Shown: piece by piece, positions 39,456-48,860 of the stretch
Numbering within the stretch: the first letter of the stretch is position 1
Layout of the letters: every line of letters begins with the position of its first letter
DNA from: an uncultured Clostridia bacterium
GTDB taxonomy: Bacteria > Bacillota > Clostridia > UBA1381
Length of the DNA stretch: 54,661 bases
Reading direction: 5' to 3'
NCBI GenBank assembly: GCA_937907325.1
Contig: CALERO010000036.1
Location: forward strand, 1-54,661
Notes under the pieces: model-generated
Seen by the model: the letters and a program-made list of their open reading frames with translations, nothing else
Database searches by the model: none
What the model was told of the DNA's origin: nothing
Translations under genes and position numbers: made by a program

Positions 39456-41561
39456 TCACTCCGCCTTATTTTTTGTTATTTTACGCTCATACTTACATTC
39501 CTGATTCCAACAGTATATCTTCTTTGCCCTGCCGTCCTTTTTAAGCAGAAGTCCTCCGCACTGCGGACATTTTTCATCCTTTACCGGTTCGTCCCATACC
39601 ATAAAATCGCACTTGGGATAATGCTCGCAGCCGTAATAAACCTTTCCCTTTCTCGAACGTCTTACAAGGATTTCGCCGCCGCATTTGGGGCAGATTGCTC
39701 CCGTTCCCTCACGTATCGGCTTTGCGTTCTTACATTCGGGATACCCCGGACATGCCAGGAATTTTCCGTATTTGCTGAGCTTATAGACCATCTTTCTGCC
39801 GCATTTTTCGCACACGACGTCCGACTCCTCGTCCTTAAGCTTTATCTTTTCTATATTTTCTTCGGCTTTTTTAAGATTTTTCTCAAACGGCGGATAAAAC
39901 TCCTCCAAAAGGTCGACCCACTTTTTATCTCCGCTTTCGACATCGTCAAGTTCCTGCTCCATACCTGCGGTAAACTCGACATCAACAATATCCTTGAAGT
40001 TGTCCTTCATTATATCCGTTGTCACCATACCGAGTTCTGTCGGCATAAGCTGTTTTTTGCTTCTTACAACGTACCCTCTCGATACGATTGTTGAAATTGT
40101 GGGCGCATAGGTGGACGGTCTGCCTATACCGTTTTCCTCAAGTTCTTTGATAAGCGATGCGTCCGTATATCTTGCCGGCGGCTGTGTGAAATGCTGTTTT
40201 GCATTACATTCCTTAAGCTGTGCCGTGTCCTTTTCGTTAAGCTTTTCAAGCACCTTTGCGTCCTTGTCCGCTTTTCCCGTTCCGTCCTCGTAGACGGCGG
40301 TATAACCCTTGAATTTAATCTTTGAGCCGCTTGCCTTAAACGTATGGCCTTTTGCGTCAAGCGTAACGTTTATACTGTCATGCACACTTGCCGACATCTG
40401 GCTCGCCGCAAATCTCTCCCATATAAGCTTATAAAGCTTGTACTGGTCGTTTGTAAGCTTATCTTTTATATCAATAGGCTTTATGCCGGGCGAGGTCGGA
40501 CGTATCGCCTCGTGTGCATCCTGTGCGTTCTTTTTCGTCTTGTACTGTCTTGTGCATACGTACTCTTTTCCATACTCTGCCGCAATAACGTCCGCCATTT
40601 CACGCTGCGCACCCTCGGATATTCTTAACGAATCCGTTCTCATATACGTTATAAGACCTATCGTTCCTATCTTTCCGCCAAGGCTTACGCCCTCGTACAA
40701 AGTCTGCGCTATCTGCATCGTCTTTGCCGCCTGGAAGCCGTATTTTCCCGATGCGTCCTGCTGCATTGTAGATGTGGTAAACGGCGGCTGCGGATTTCTC
40801 TTTACTTCGTTTCTTTTGATTTTTTCCACTACAAAATCAACGTCCTTGACGCCGTTGGTTATATTCTCCGCCTGCTCTTTTGTTTCGAGTGCGGTTTCCT
40901 TGTTGTTCTCTCCGTAATACTTTGCCGTAAAGTCCTTTTTAGACGTCTTTTCGATCAAAAGTGCCTCAACCGTCCAGTATTCTTTCGGATTGAAGTTTAA
41001 AATTTCTTCCTCTCTGTCGCATATAAGCTTTGTTGCGACAGACTGCACACGTCCTGCGCTGAGTCCCTTTTTGACCTTTTTCCACAAAAGCGGGCTTATC
41101 TGATACCCTACCACACGGTCGAGTATTCTTCGTGCCTGCTGTGCGTTCACAAGGTCCATATCTATGGCTCTCGGCTCTTTTATTGCCGCTTTAACGGCGT
41201 TTTTCGTTATTTCGTTAAACGTAACACGGCACTTTGATGCGGGGTCGATATTAAGCGCTCTTGCCAGATGCCAGCTTATTGCCTCTCCCTCACGGTCAGG
41301 GTCGGTTGCGAGATATACTATATCGGCTTTTGCCGCTTCTTTTTTAAGCTTGTTTAAAAGCTCTCCCTTTCCCCGAATGGTTATATATCTCGGCTCAAAA
41401 TGATGTTCCACGTCCACCGCAAGCTGACTTTTCGGCAGGTCGATAATATGTCCCATCGATGCGACTACCGTATAATCGTTTCCGAGATATTTTTTTATTG
41501 TGCCTGCCTTTGCGGGTGACTCCACTATCAGCAGTTTCTTTTTACTTTTCTTTACAGCCAT
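39456..41561 (-). CDS. topA: DNA topoisomerase I
   Basis: [25 protein letters not shown], the active-site region LITYMRTDS and C-terminal Cys4 zinc ribbons. The start was set at the ATG after GGAGG; an alternative ATG lies at 41573. Confidence 0.95.
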   Translation of the reverse strand: MAVKKSKKKLLIVESPAKAGTIKKYLGNDYTVVASMGHIIDLPKSQLAVDVEHHFEPRYITIRGKGELLNKLKKEAAKADIVYLATDPDREGEAISWHLARALNIDPASKCRVTFNEITKNAVKAAIKEPRAIDMDLVNAQQARRILDRVVGYQISPLLWKKVKKGLSAGRVQSVATKLICDREEEILNFNPKEYWTVEALLIEKTSKKDFTAKYYGENNKETALETKEQAENITNGVKDVDFVVEKIKRNEVKRNPQPPFTTSTMQQDASGKYGFQAAKTMQIAQTLYEGVSLGGKIGTIGLITYMRTDSLRISEGAQREMADVIAAEYGKEYVCTRQYKTKKNAQDAHEAIRPTSPGIKPIDIKDKLTNDQYKLYKLIWERFAASQMSASVHDSINVTLDAKGHTFKASGSKIKFKGYTAVYEDGTGKADKDAKVLEKLNEKDTAQLKECNAKQHFTQPPARYTDASLIKELEENGIGRPSTYAPTISTIVSRGYVVRSKKQLMPTELGMVTTDIMKDNFKDIVDVEFTAGMEQELDDVESGDKKWVDLLEEFYPPFEKNLKKAEENIEKIKLKDEESDVVCEKCGRKMVYKLSKYGKFLACPGYPECKNAKPIREGTGAICPKCGGEILVRRSRKGKVYYGCEHYPKCDFMVWDEPVKDEKCPQCGGLLLKKDGRAKKIYCWNQECKYERKITKNKAE

Positions 41562-41578
41562 TTTTTCCTCCATAAAAT

Positions 41579-42712
41579 TTATATTTTCAGCTTGTAGCTG
41601 TTTCCCGGCAGTCTTGTGACAAATCCGTTCATTTCAAGAAGTATCATTGTCGTGTTAAGCTCTCCGGGCGGCATTTCGGTTTCACGAATCAGCTCGTCCG
41701 TATACCGTTCTTTTTCAGTTAAAAGTTCTATTATCTTCTTTTCGCAATCACGCAGTCCGTCATAACGGCTTTCGTCAACAACGGGCGTTTTCGGTGTTTT
41801 TATCTTTGGTTTTTCCTTAATCGGCTCTGCGTTTTTTAATCGCATTGCGTCATACGGATATTCGATTATTATATCCTCCGCACACGTTACAAGCTTTGCG
41901 CATTTTTGTATCAGTTCGTTTGTGCCTTTGTACTGAGCGTCAAAGATATTTCCGGGCACGGCAAACACGTCACGGTTATTCTTAAACGCACATTCGGCGG
42001 TTATGAGTGCACCGCTCCCTTTTGGTGCCTCCGTTACAAGAAGCCCTCTCGCAAGACCGGCAATTATTCTGTTTCGTTCGGGGAAATGATGTCCCATCGC
42101 CTGTGAACCGGGCGGATACTCCGTAAGTACAACTCCGTTTTCGATTATTGAATAATACAGCTCCGTATTTACGGCAGGATATATAACGTCTATACCGCTC
42201 CCCAAAACGGCTATCGTATTCATTCCGGCACGCAAAGCCGACTCGGCGGATATTGCGTCTATGCCCTTTGCCATACCGCTCACTATCGTGACTCCGTACC
42301 TTGCAAGGTCACGGCAGAGAGTTCTCGTTGCCATTCTGCCGTAATCACTGCACCGCCGTGTCCCGACAACGCCTATCATAAAAAGCTCATTCCAATCGGG
42401 GATTTCGCCTTTCGCATAAAGAACATACGGCGGATCGATTATTTTTCTGAGCGGTTCGGGATAATCCTCATCATCAAACGTAATTATCCTTGCATCGCAC
42501 TTCTTTGTTTTTTCATACACCTTCTTTGCCTCATCGAGGTTTTTATCGCAAAGCGCCGATTTTTCATGAGGTGTGAGTATTTGAATATTATTATATTCCT
42601 TTGCTCCGTAAATATCCTCTATACTGTCAAAGCGCTCCAGCAAACAGGTGATTTTTGTGGGATTCATTCTCGGCTTAAGCGTCAGCCAAAGCCAATGCAA
42701 TGTATTCTCCAT
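41579..42712 (-). CDS. dprA: DNA-processing protein DprA
   Basis: VVGTRRCSDYG, IVSGMAKGIDA and FPERNRIIAGL are DprA Rossmann-domain motifs. The start was set at the internal ATG after GAGGAAA. Confidence 0.9.
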   Translation of the reverse strand: MENTLHWLWLTLKPRMNPTKITCLLERFDSIEDIYGAKEYNNIQILTPHEKSALCDKNLDEAKKVYEKTKKCDARIITFDDEDYPEPLRKIIDPPYVLYAKGEIPDWNELFMIGVVGTRRCSDYGRMATRTLCRDLARYGVTIVSGMAKGIDAISAESALRAGMNTIAVLGSGIDVIYPAVNTELYYSIIENGVVLTEYPPGSQAMGHHFPERNRIIAGLARGLLVTEAPKGSGALITAECAFKNNRDVFAVPGNIFDAQYKGTNELIQKCAKLVTCAEDIIIEYPYDAMRLKNAEPIKEKPKIKTPKTPVVDESRYDGLRDCEKKIIELLTEKERYTDELIRETEMPPGELNTTMILLEMNGFVTRLPGNSYKLKI

Positions 42713-42775
42713 TAGTTTATATTTCCTCTTTTGTTTTACATTCAATATCAACAATACTACAATTCAACGGAATTG

Positions 42776-43546
42776 TCAAGACTTTCCTCTTACAACTTCA
42801 TACATAAGTATTCCGGCGGCAACGGAAACGTTTAAAGAGTCTGCCTTGCCGATTATGGGAATTTTTACACGTGTGCAAAGCTTCAGCACCTCATCGGAAA
42901 TTCCGTTTGCCTCGTTTCCCACAACTATTATTACGGGTTTACTCATATCCGCACTGCGGTAATCTATGCTGTCGCTGCCGAGCGCTCCGCCTATGAGCTT
43001 AAATCCCATATCCGCATATCTTTTGAGGTCGGCAAAGTTTTTTCCCGTTACAACCTTCATATTGAAAAAAGAACCCATACTCGCACGCACTGTTTTAGGG
43101 CTGTACAAATCCGCACACCCCTCCGACAATATAACACCGCCGAAGCCTGCGGCGTCCGCCGTGCGTATTATCGTGCCGAGGTTGCCGGGGTCGTTTATCC
43201 CGTCGCAGTAAACATACGCCTTTGACGTATCGGGTATAAAATCCGCATTGTCCTCCGCCTTTATGACCGCAATTATCCCCTGCGGCGCTGTCGTATCGCA
43301 CAGACGGCCGAAAATATTGTCGCTTATTTTAATAAGCATTGCGTCTTTCGGGTAATCAAAGCTTTCCTCGTTGAAAAACCGCTCCGACACCGCAACGACC
43401 GACACCGTCCTGTCCGACGCTATTGCATCGGAAACGGATTTTTTGCCCTCGACGGTATATTCGCCGTGCTTTACCCTCTCCTTTTTGGCAGACAGCGATT
43501 TTATGTATTTGAATTTTGCGTTTGAAGCCGATGTTATTTCAAGCAT
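42776..43546 (-). CDS. TrmH/SpoU family RNA 2'-O-methyltransferase
   Basis: DPGNLGTIIRTADAAG, VVGNEANGIS and IPIIGKADSLNVSVAAGILMYE are SpoU motifs 1-3. Confidence 0.85.
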   Translation of the reverse strand: MLEITSASNAKFKYIKSLSAKKERVKHGEYTVEGKKSVSDAIASDRTVSVVAVSERFFNEESFDYPKDAMLIKISDNIFGRLCDTTAPQGIIAVIKAEDNADFIPDTSKAYVYCDGINDPGNLGTIIRTADAAGFGGVILSEGCADLYSPKTVRASMGSFFNMKVVTGKNFADLKRYADMGFKLIGGALGSDSIDYRSADMSKPVIIVVGNEANGISDEVLKLCTRVKIPIIGKADSLNVSVAAGILMYEVVRGKS

Positions 43547-43703
43547 TTCAAAACTCCGTTTCAGCCGTTTTTTATACGGCAAATTATTTTACCTACATTA
43601 TTATATACCGTTTATCTTTTTTTCGCAACAGTTTTTTTGATTTTGTCTTTTTCAAATTTTATTCATAAATAAATAAAAAATATTTTTTATTTGCCTACCC
43701 GTT

Positions 43704-43736
43704 TTGACAAATTTCTTGAATGTGATGTAGTATAAT
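43704..43736 (+). promoter_or_regulatory. spoIIG-type promoter with an over-long spacer
   Basis: TTGACA (43704-43709), a 21-nt spacer, then TATAAT (43731-43736). TTTGACA overlapping the -35 is one mismatch from the reverse Spo0A box TTCGACA. Confidence 0.5.
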
Positions 43737-43755
43737 GTATTTCGAGGTGAAGGAA

Positions 43756-44544
43756 ATGACCGTTTATGCCGACAGTCTTTTTCTTGTGAATTTTCTGTCC
43801 GAATATGCATTGCTTTTGCTTACGGAAAAAATAATATCGGTAAAGGCACGAAAATTCCGCAAAGGTGCGGCGGCGGTGTTCGGCGCATTGCTGTCGGTGA
43901 TAATATTCTGCACAGACATTCCTCTGCCGCAGAGTGCGATAACCTTAGCCGCCGCTTTTCTTATAGTATGTGCGGCATATATTGGGAACAAACGTGCCGT
44001 ACTGCGTGCATATCCCGCATTTTTGCTTATTTCCTGCATATATTCGGGAATTATCACGGCTGTATCGGGATTTTTGAATATCAATGCCGTGATACGGAGC
44101 GGAATGATATATATGAGCATAAATACGATGCTTTTTGTTATTATATTTATATGTACATATCCCGCAATTTTGCTCGGTGCACAGATACTTAATCCGCACC
44201 GCCGAAAGATATGCAAAATATCCGTTTCATACGGCGGAAAGTCCGTTACAATAAATGCGCTTTATGACAGCGGAAATCTTTTATGCGACGGCGCAAAAGG
44301 GGTAATAATCGCCGAATGGGACGCTGTAAAGCCATTATTTGATATTGAGGATATGTATGAAATTGACGGTGCAAAAATACTTCCGTTCGGTTCGCTCGGC
44401 GGCTGCCGCACGGTGCTTGTATTTTATGCCGATAAAATCGGCACGGAAAACAATAATTTTGAAAATGTGCCGATAGGCATTGTCCGAAACCGCATTTCGC
44501 AAAACGGCAGTTATCGGGCATTGATTGGAAAACAATACTTTTAA
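43756..44544 (+). CDS. spoIIGA: Sigma-E processing peptidase SpoIIGA
   Basis: Polytopic N-terminal half, a C-terminal aspartic-protease motif LYDSGN, and a position immediately upstream of sigE. The start was set after GAGGTGAAGG. Confidence 0.85.
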   Translation: MTVYADSLFLVNFLSEYALLLLTEKIISVKARKFRKGAAAVFGALLSVIIFCTDIPLPQSAITLAAAFLIVCAAYIGNKRAVLRAYPAFLLISCIYSGIITAVSGFLNINAVIRSGMIYMSINTMLFVIIFICTYPAILLGAQILNPHRRKICKISVSYGGKSVTINALYDSGNLLCDGAKGVIIAEWDAVKPLFDIEDMYEIDGAKILPFGSLGGCRTVLVFYADKIGTENNNFENVPIGIVRNRISQNGSYRALIGKQYF

Positions 44545-44559
44545 AGGAGTCTGATTATA

Positions 44560-45267
44560 ATGAATTTGCTGGCGAAGCTGAGCCAAACACTTATGATTAT
44601 CCGTTCACATGAGGATAATTCCGTATTTTATATCGGAGGCAGCGACACTCTCCCCCCGACGCTCTCACGTGACGAAGAAAGCGAACTTTTATACCGTCTC
44701 GAAAACGGGGATATGTCCGTCAAATCACAGCTTATAGAGCATAATCTGCGGCTTGTGGTTTATATTGCGAGAAAGTTTGAAAATACGGGGATTTATATCG
44801 AGGATTTGATTTCGATAGGCACAATCGGTCTTATAAAGGCGATAAACACCTTTAAGCCGTCCAAAAATATCAAGCTTGCGACATATGCCTCACGATGTAT
44901 AGAAAACGAAATTCTTATGTATTTAAGAAAAAACTCCAATATGCGCAGTGAGGTTTCTATAGATGAACCGCTCAACGTCGACTGGGACGGAAACGAGCTT
45001 TTACTCTCCGACATACTCGGTACCGACAATGACGTGATTTGCAGAAACATCGAAAACGAAGTGGACAAATCGCTTTTAAAGAGCGCCTTAAAAAAGCTTA
45101 ATGTCCGTGAACGGCAGATAATGGAGATGCGTTTCGGTCTGGGCAACAAAAACACAAAAACACAAAAAGAGGTTGCTGATTTGCTTGGAATATCGCAGTC
45201 ATACATATCACGGCTTGAAAAGCGGATAATATGCCGTCTGAAAAAAGAAATAGCGAAATTCAGTTAA
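44560..45267 (+). CDS. sigE: Sporulation sigma factor SigE (pro-sigma-E)
   Basis: N-terminal pro-sequence followed by [34 protein letters not shown] and [17 protein letters not shown]. Confidence 0.92.
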   Translation: MNLLAKLSQTLMIIRSHEDNSVFYIGGSDTLPPTLSRDEESELLYRLENGDMSVKSQLIEHNLRLVVYIARKFENTGIYIEDLISIGTIGLIKAINTFKPSKNIKLATYASRCIENEILMYLRKNSNMRSEVSIDEPLNVDWDGNELLLSDILGTDNDVICRNIENEVDKSLLKSALKKLNVRERQIMEMRFGLGNKNTKTQKEVADLLGISQSYISRLEKRIICRLKKEIAKFS

Positions 45268-45337
45268 ATACATAATATTGCCGTCATACACGTACATAGC
45301 TGTTAATAAAACAGCTTATTACAAGGAGGAAAAGTGT

Positions 45338-46108
45338 ATGACGGGTAAAGTTGAAATATGCGGGGTAAGCACATCTAAGCTTCCCACGCTGTCAAGGAAA
45401 GAAAAGGACGAACTTTTTGTCCGCATAAAAGCCGGCGACGAGGCGGCAAGAGAAGAATTTATACACGGAAATTTAAGGCTTGTACTGAGTGTTATCAAGC
45501 GTTTCAATAACAGGGGCGAAAATGCGGACGATTTGTTTCAGGTGGGTTGCATCGGACTTATAAAGGCGATAGATAATTTCGACCTTTCGCAGAACGTGCA
45601 GTTTTCCACATACGCCGTACCGATGATAATAGGCGAAATCCGCCGTTATCTGCGTGACAACAATTCAATAAGGGTAAGCCGTTCGCTAAAGGATATTGCA
45701 TACAAAGCGCTGCACGTAAAAGAAAAGCTTATAAGCGAACATTCAAAAGAGCCGACAATCTCCGAGATAGCCAATGAGCTTAATTTGCCGAAAGAGGACG
45801 TTGTATTTGCGCTTGACGCAATCGCCGACCCGGTATCGCTGTTTGAGCCTGTGTATCATGACGGGAGCGAGGCGATTTTTGTTATGGATCAGGTGCGTGA
45901 CACGAAAAATCTTGATGAAAATTGGCTCGAAAATATCGCATTAAACGAAGCATTAACGCACCTTGACGAACGTGAAAAGCATATTCTTAATCTGCGTTTT
46001 TTTATGGGGCGCACGCAAATGGAGGTTGCAAACGAAATAGGAATTTCGCAGGCGCAGGTATCAAGGCTTGAAAAAAGCGCATTAAAGCAATTGCGAAAAT
46101 ATATCTAA
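45338..46108 (+). CDS. sigG: Sporulation sigma factor SigG
   Basis: KVEICGVSTSKLPTLS, NLRLVLSVIKRFNNRGE and FSTYAVPMIIGEIRRYLRDNN. The start was set after AAGGAGG. Confidence 0.92.
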   Translation: MTGKVEICGVSTSKLPTLSRKEKDELFVRIKAGDEAAREEFIHGNLRLVLSVIKRFNNRGENADDLFQVGCIGLIKAIDNFDLSQNVQFSTYAVPMIIGEIRRYLRDNNSIRVSRSLKDIAYKALHVKEKLISEHSKEPTISEIANELNLPKEDVVFALDAIADPVSLFEPVYHDGSEAIFVMDQVRDTKNLDENWLENIALNEALTHLDEREKHILNLRFFMGRTQMEVANEIGISQAQVSRLEKSALKQLRKYI

Positions 46109-46111
46109 ACG

Positions 46112-46143
46112 AAAAAAAGCACGTGGTACAACCGTACCACGTG
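46112..46143 (-). terminator. Intrinsic terminator for minus-strand azlCD
   Basis: Stem CACGTGGTAC/GTACCACGTG followed by a T7 run on the minus strand. Confidence 0.6.
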
Positions 46144-46151
46144 TTCAGACT

Positions 46152-46188
46152 GCAGACAAACCTTAAACGGTTTGTCTGCTTTATTTTT
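46152..46188 (+). terminator. Intrinsic terminator for sigG
   Basis: Stem GCAGACAAACC/GGTTTGTCTGC followed by TTTATTTTT. Confidence 0.8.
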
Positions 46189-46214
46189 AGGAATTTGAGG
46201 TCTAACCTCAAGTT

Positions 46215-46523
46215 TCAGTGTACAAACAATCCCGTAACAAACGCCGCCGCACAAGCGGTTATTGCAACGGTTATGAGCGATTTGTTCATATACGCCGGCA
46301 CAAATGCCGCAGCCGTTCCGACAGCGGCGGTGACAATATTTCCCGTCGAGTACAATATGTACGGGAATGTCATTGCACCAAGTACCGAATACGGTACATA
46401 ATACAGCAGGCTTTTTATATATGCCGATTTTATTTTGCGGCGCATAAGCGTGAACGGAATCATTCGTATAAGATACGTTACAACTGCCATAGCCGCAAGA
46501 TACATAAAAAATTCCTTATTCAT
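46215..46523 (-). CDS. azlD: AzlD family branched-chain amino acid transport protein
   Basis: 102-aa hydrophobic protein that overlaps the azlC stop by 8 nt, the typical azlCD arrangement. Confidence 0.8.
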   Translation of the reverse strand: MNKEFFMYLAAMAVVTYLIRMIPFTLMRRKIKSAYIKSLLYYVPYSVLGAMTFPYILYSTGNIVTAAVGTAAAFVPAYMNKSLITVAITACAAAFVTGLFVH

Positions 46524-47226
46524 CGTCTTCCTCCTTTTTCGGAGCTATCCATGCCATAAGCGCCGAGGTTACAAATGCGCATATAATAATCGAAAATCCC
46601 TGCGAGATACCTTTAAACAGCGGTATAAAGTAAAAACAGCAGCTCATCACTGAGGATATTAAAACAGCAGCAAGAACGCCCTTATCCGTCTTTGACGGAG
46701 GGATTATTATTGCAATAAACATACTGTATATTGCAATTCCCAATGCGGAGCACACGGACGGCGGAAGAATGTGTCCCGCATATGCACCAAGCATTGTTCC
46801 CAGCGCCCAGCCGATATACGGGAGCGTTATAAGTCCGTACATAAACCGTCTGCCTATAAGCCCGTCCTCCGACGCCGCAACGGCAAATACCTCATCGGTT
46901 ATGCCGAATGATGTTATGAGCCTGTGCGGCGTGGTAAACGTGTTGTCAAGCTTTTGTGTAAGCGCTATTCCCATAAGGCAGTAGCGTATGTTTATAACAA
47001 ACTGCGACAGAAGCATTTCTATTATAGGTCCGCAGGCGGCTATTATCCCTATGCCTGCAATCTGCCCTGCCGAGGTCATATTTGTCATGGAAATCAGTAT
47101 TGCCTGAAGTCCCGTTAAACCCTTGCCCATCGCCGTTATACCGAACCCGAAAGAAACCGACAAATAGCCGAGCGCAATAGGTATCCCCTTGTTAAGTCCG
47201 TTTAAATACGAATTGTTGGATTTCAT
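46516..47226 (-). CDS. azlC: AzlC family transporter permease
   Basis: GIPIALGYLSVSFGFGI and MTSAGQIAG are typical of AzlC. Confidence 0.85.
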   Translation of the reverse strand: MKSNNSYLNGLNKGIPIALGYLSVSFGFGITAMGKGLTGLQAILISMTNMTSAGQIAGIGIIAACGPIIEMLLSQFVINIRYCLMGIALTQKLDNTFTTPHRLITSFGITDEVFAVAASEDGLIGRRFMYGLITLPYIGWALGTMLGAYAGHILPPSVCSALGIAIYSMFIAIIIPPSKTDKGVLAAVLISSVMSCCFYFIPLFKGISQGFSIIICAFVTSALMAWIAPKKEEDDE

Positions 47227-47245
47227 CTTTCATCACCAATTAATC

Positions 47246-47274
47246 ATTTTATCAGATTGTACCCAATATGTCAA
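47246..47274 (-). promoter_or_regulatory. Sigma-A promoter of azlCD
   Basis: On the minus strand: TTGACA, a 17-nt spacer, then TAAAAT. Confidence 0.55.
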
Positions 47275-47351
47275 CGGTGCCGAAAAAGCTTATACAAAAT
47301 GATAAAACAACAGGGTGTATTCAGATTAAAATATATGAATTTTCCGATACG

Positions 47352-47385
47352 AAAAAAATCCACCCGCACAGCGGGTGGATTTTTT
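47352..47385. terminator. Bidirectional intrinsic terminator after the micro-ORF
   Basis: A-run, stem ATCCACCCGC/GCGGGTGGAT with a 3-nt loop, then a T-run. Confidence 0.8.
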
Positions 47386-47522
47386 CAGAACTCCTCGTCC
47401 TCGTCTTCGTCTTCACTGTCGTTTATATCCCGATACACCATGTATTCCAACATTCTTTCTCCGGGATCGATTACTCCGTCACCGTTTATATCAAACATAT
47501 CATCAAATGGACCTTCAAACAT
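47385..47522 (-). CDS. 45-aa acidic micro-protein with a single EF-hand-like calcium-binding loop (not in the ORF track)
   Basis: AAGGAGGAATTTATT precedes the ATG. Translation: MFEGPFDDMFDINGDGVIDPGERMLEYMVYRDINDSEDEDEDEEF. DINGDGVIDPGE fits the DxNxDGxIDxxE loop. The stop codon abuts a strong terminator. Confidence 0.6.
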   Translation of the reverse strand: MFEGPFDDMFDINGDGVIDPGERMLEYMVYRDINDSEDEDEDEEF

Positions 47523-47670
47523 AATAAATTCCTCCTTAATAAAATATTCTTTTCTTTGACTTTGGGGTCTTCCCTACAGCGTGTTTCCTCCTTCATTTAC
47601 AATAATATCATATTCAGTGTACAAAAATCCGTACACTGACAAAAAAATTTTGAAACCTGTTTTTTAACAA

Positions 47671-47974
47671 TTATTTTTGTCCTTTTTTCATATATTTCTC
47701 AATCTTGTCTTTCCATGATTTATCAATCGGGCGTTCCGCTCTCATACAAGCCACGGTTTCGCTCACTGCATCAAAATTTGTTCTTGTTCCGACAGCGTCG
47801 GGTTGATATGTTACCGCCCTATCGGCATTTATGCCGAATGTACCTGCCGTCTGTACTGTGTCTATATTTGCTCCCAGGAATAAAAACTCCCAATTATATT
47901 TTTCCTTTTGATTTTCTATCATCTGCTTAATCGTAAGCAAATTAAATTCTCTGCTTGCCCAATAAAAACGGCAT
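47671..47974 (-). pseudogene. Remnant of a small vWA-domain protein gene (internal deletion plus frameshift)
   Basis: The C-terminal frame reads ...ASREFNLLTIKQMIENQKEKYNWEFLFLGANID..., which matches, from memory, the C-terminal third of ~215-aa Firmicute vWA proteins. An upstream TATAAT, RBS and ATG at 47974 open a different frame that stops after 10 codons (MPFLLGKQRI). Confidence 0.55.
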
Positions 47975-48055
47975 TTGTATCACCTGCCTTTATTTTAATT
48001 ATAGCATAGAACCCGCTTTAATTCAATCCGAAAATTTTCCGAATTATTCGCACAC

Positions 48056-48086
48056 AAAAACAGACCTCTGCATACGCAGAGGTCTG
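48056..48086 (-). terminator. Intrinsic terminator after rpmF
   Basis: Stem CAGACCTCTGC/GCAGAGGTCTG followed by TTTTTG on the minus strand. Confidence 0.8.
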
Positions 48087-48101
48087 TTAAACAAAGCCAA
48101 A

Positions 48102-48281
48102 TCAATCCTCAACTTTGATAATTTCCTTGCCGTTGTAATAACCGCAAGCTTTACAAACTTTATGAGGCATTTTAAATTCACGGCACTGGGGGCACTCCAC
48201 CATATTCGGTGCAGTCAGCTTCCAGTTTGCACGTCTGCTGTTTCTTCTGGCTTTAGATACTTTATTCTTAGGTACTGCCAT
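48102..48281 (-). CDS. rpmF: 50S ribosomal protein L32 (not in the ORF track)
   Basis: Hand translation: MAVPKNKVSKARRNSRRANWKLTAPNMVECPQCREFKMPHKVCKACGYYNGKEIIKVED. RBS GGAGGTG lies upstream. Confidence 0.93.
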   Translation of the reverse strand: MAVPKNKVSKARRNSRRANWKLTAPNMVECPQCREFKMPHKVCKACGYYNGKEIIKVED

Positions 48282-48305
48282 CGATTACACCTCCATAAAA
48301 TCACT

Positions 48306-48815
48306 CTAATTATTATCCTTCATTAAATCGGCTAAAGCCTGCCACCTGGGGTCAATCGTTTCATGGCTGCAGCCGCAGTCGCCCTCGTTGAGGTCTGCGC
48401 CGCATATCTCGCAAAGACCTTTGCAATCGTCCTTGCATAAATACTTTCCCGAAATATTCATCAGAAAATTATTTAAAATAATATCGTCAATATCAACCGT
48501 ACTTCCCTCAAACAGTATGATGTCGGACTCGTCCGAAACCGTACCGTCGTCCTGAGCAAGCGCCTCGTCGATGTCAAATTCAACATCAACGTCAATATCC
48601 TTCATACAGCGAGCGCAATTGGTGTGCATAACACCTTTGCATACGGCTCTGAAGGACAGCGACTGCCCGTTATTGAAGATACTGCCCGTTACATTAACAG
48701 GCTTGTCGAAATGATACAGCTCACCCAAAAAATCCGTGTCGGGTAGAGATATTTCCGAGGAAATATCAATCTTTCCGCCCAGTTCTTTGAGTATAGATGA
48801 AACGTCAATAATCAT
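48306..48815 (-). CDS. yceD: YceD family (DUF177) protein
   Basis: 169-aa acidic protein with the C-terminal Cys cluster CKDDCKGLCEICGADLNEGDCGC and the conserved position upstream of rpmF. Confidence 0.88.
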   Translation of the reverse strand: MIIDVSSILKELGGKIDISSEISLPDTDFLGELYHFDKPVNVTGSIFNNGQSLSFRAVCKGVMHTNCARCMKDIDVDVEFDIDEALAQDDGTVSDESDIILFEGSTVDIDDIILNNFLMNISGKYLCKDDCKGLCEICGADLNEGDCGCSHETIDPRWQALADLMKDNN

Positions 48816-48860
48816 TATTATTTCTCCGGATTTCGTGCTTTAGGATTAATCAGAGTAAAA

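Noticed and set aside
45298-45316. A 7-bp hairpin (AGCTGTT-N5-AACAGCT) between sigE and sigG as a regulator of sigG read-through translation, and a SigF-type promoter for sigG.
   Set aside because: The hairpin does not include the sigG SD and has no U-tract. I could not find a convincing SigF -35/-10 pair with correct spacing by eye, so no call was made.
47523-47670. A 36-codon ORF (MKEETRCREDPKVKEKNILLRRNLLCLKVHLMICLI) and the TCAGTGTAC-N8-GTACACTGA palindrome upstream of the EF-hand micro-ORF.
   Set aside because: The ORF has no SD and overlaps the micro-ORF start out of frame, so it is probably leader sequence. The palindrome has no U-tract in either direction and no clear promoter overlap. 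It is left as an unexplained possible operator rather than a called feature.
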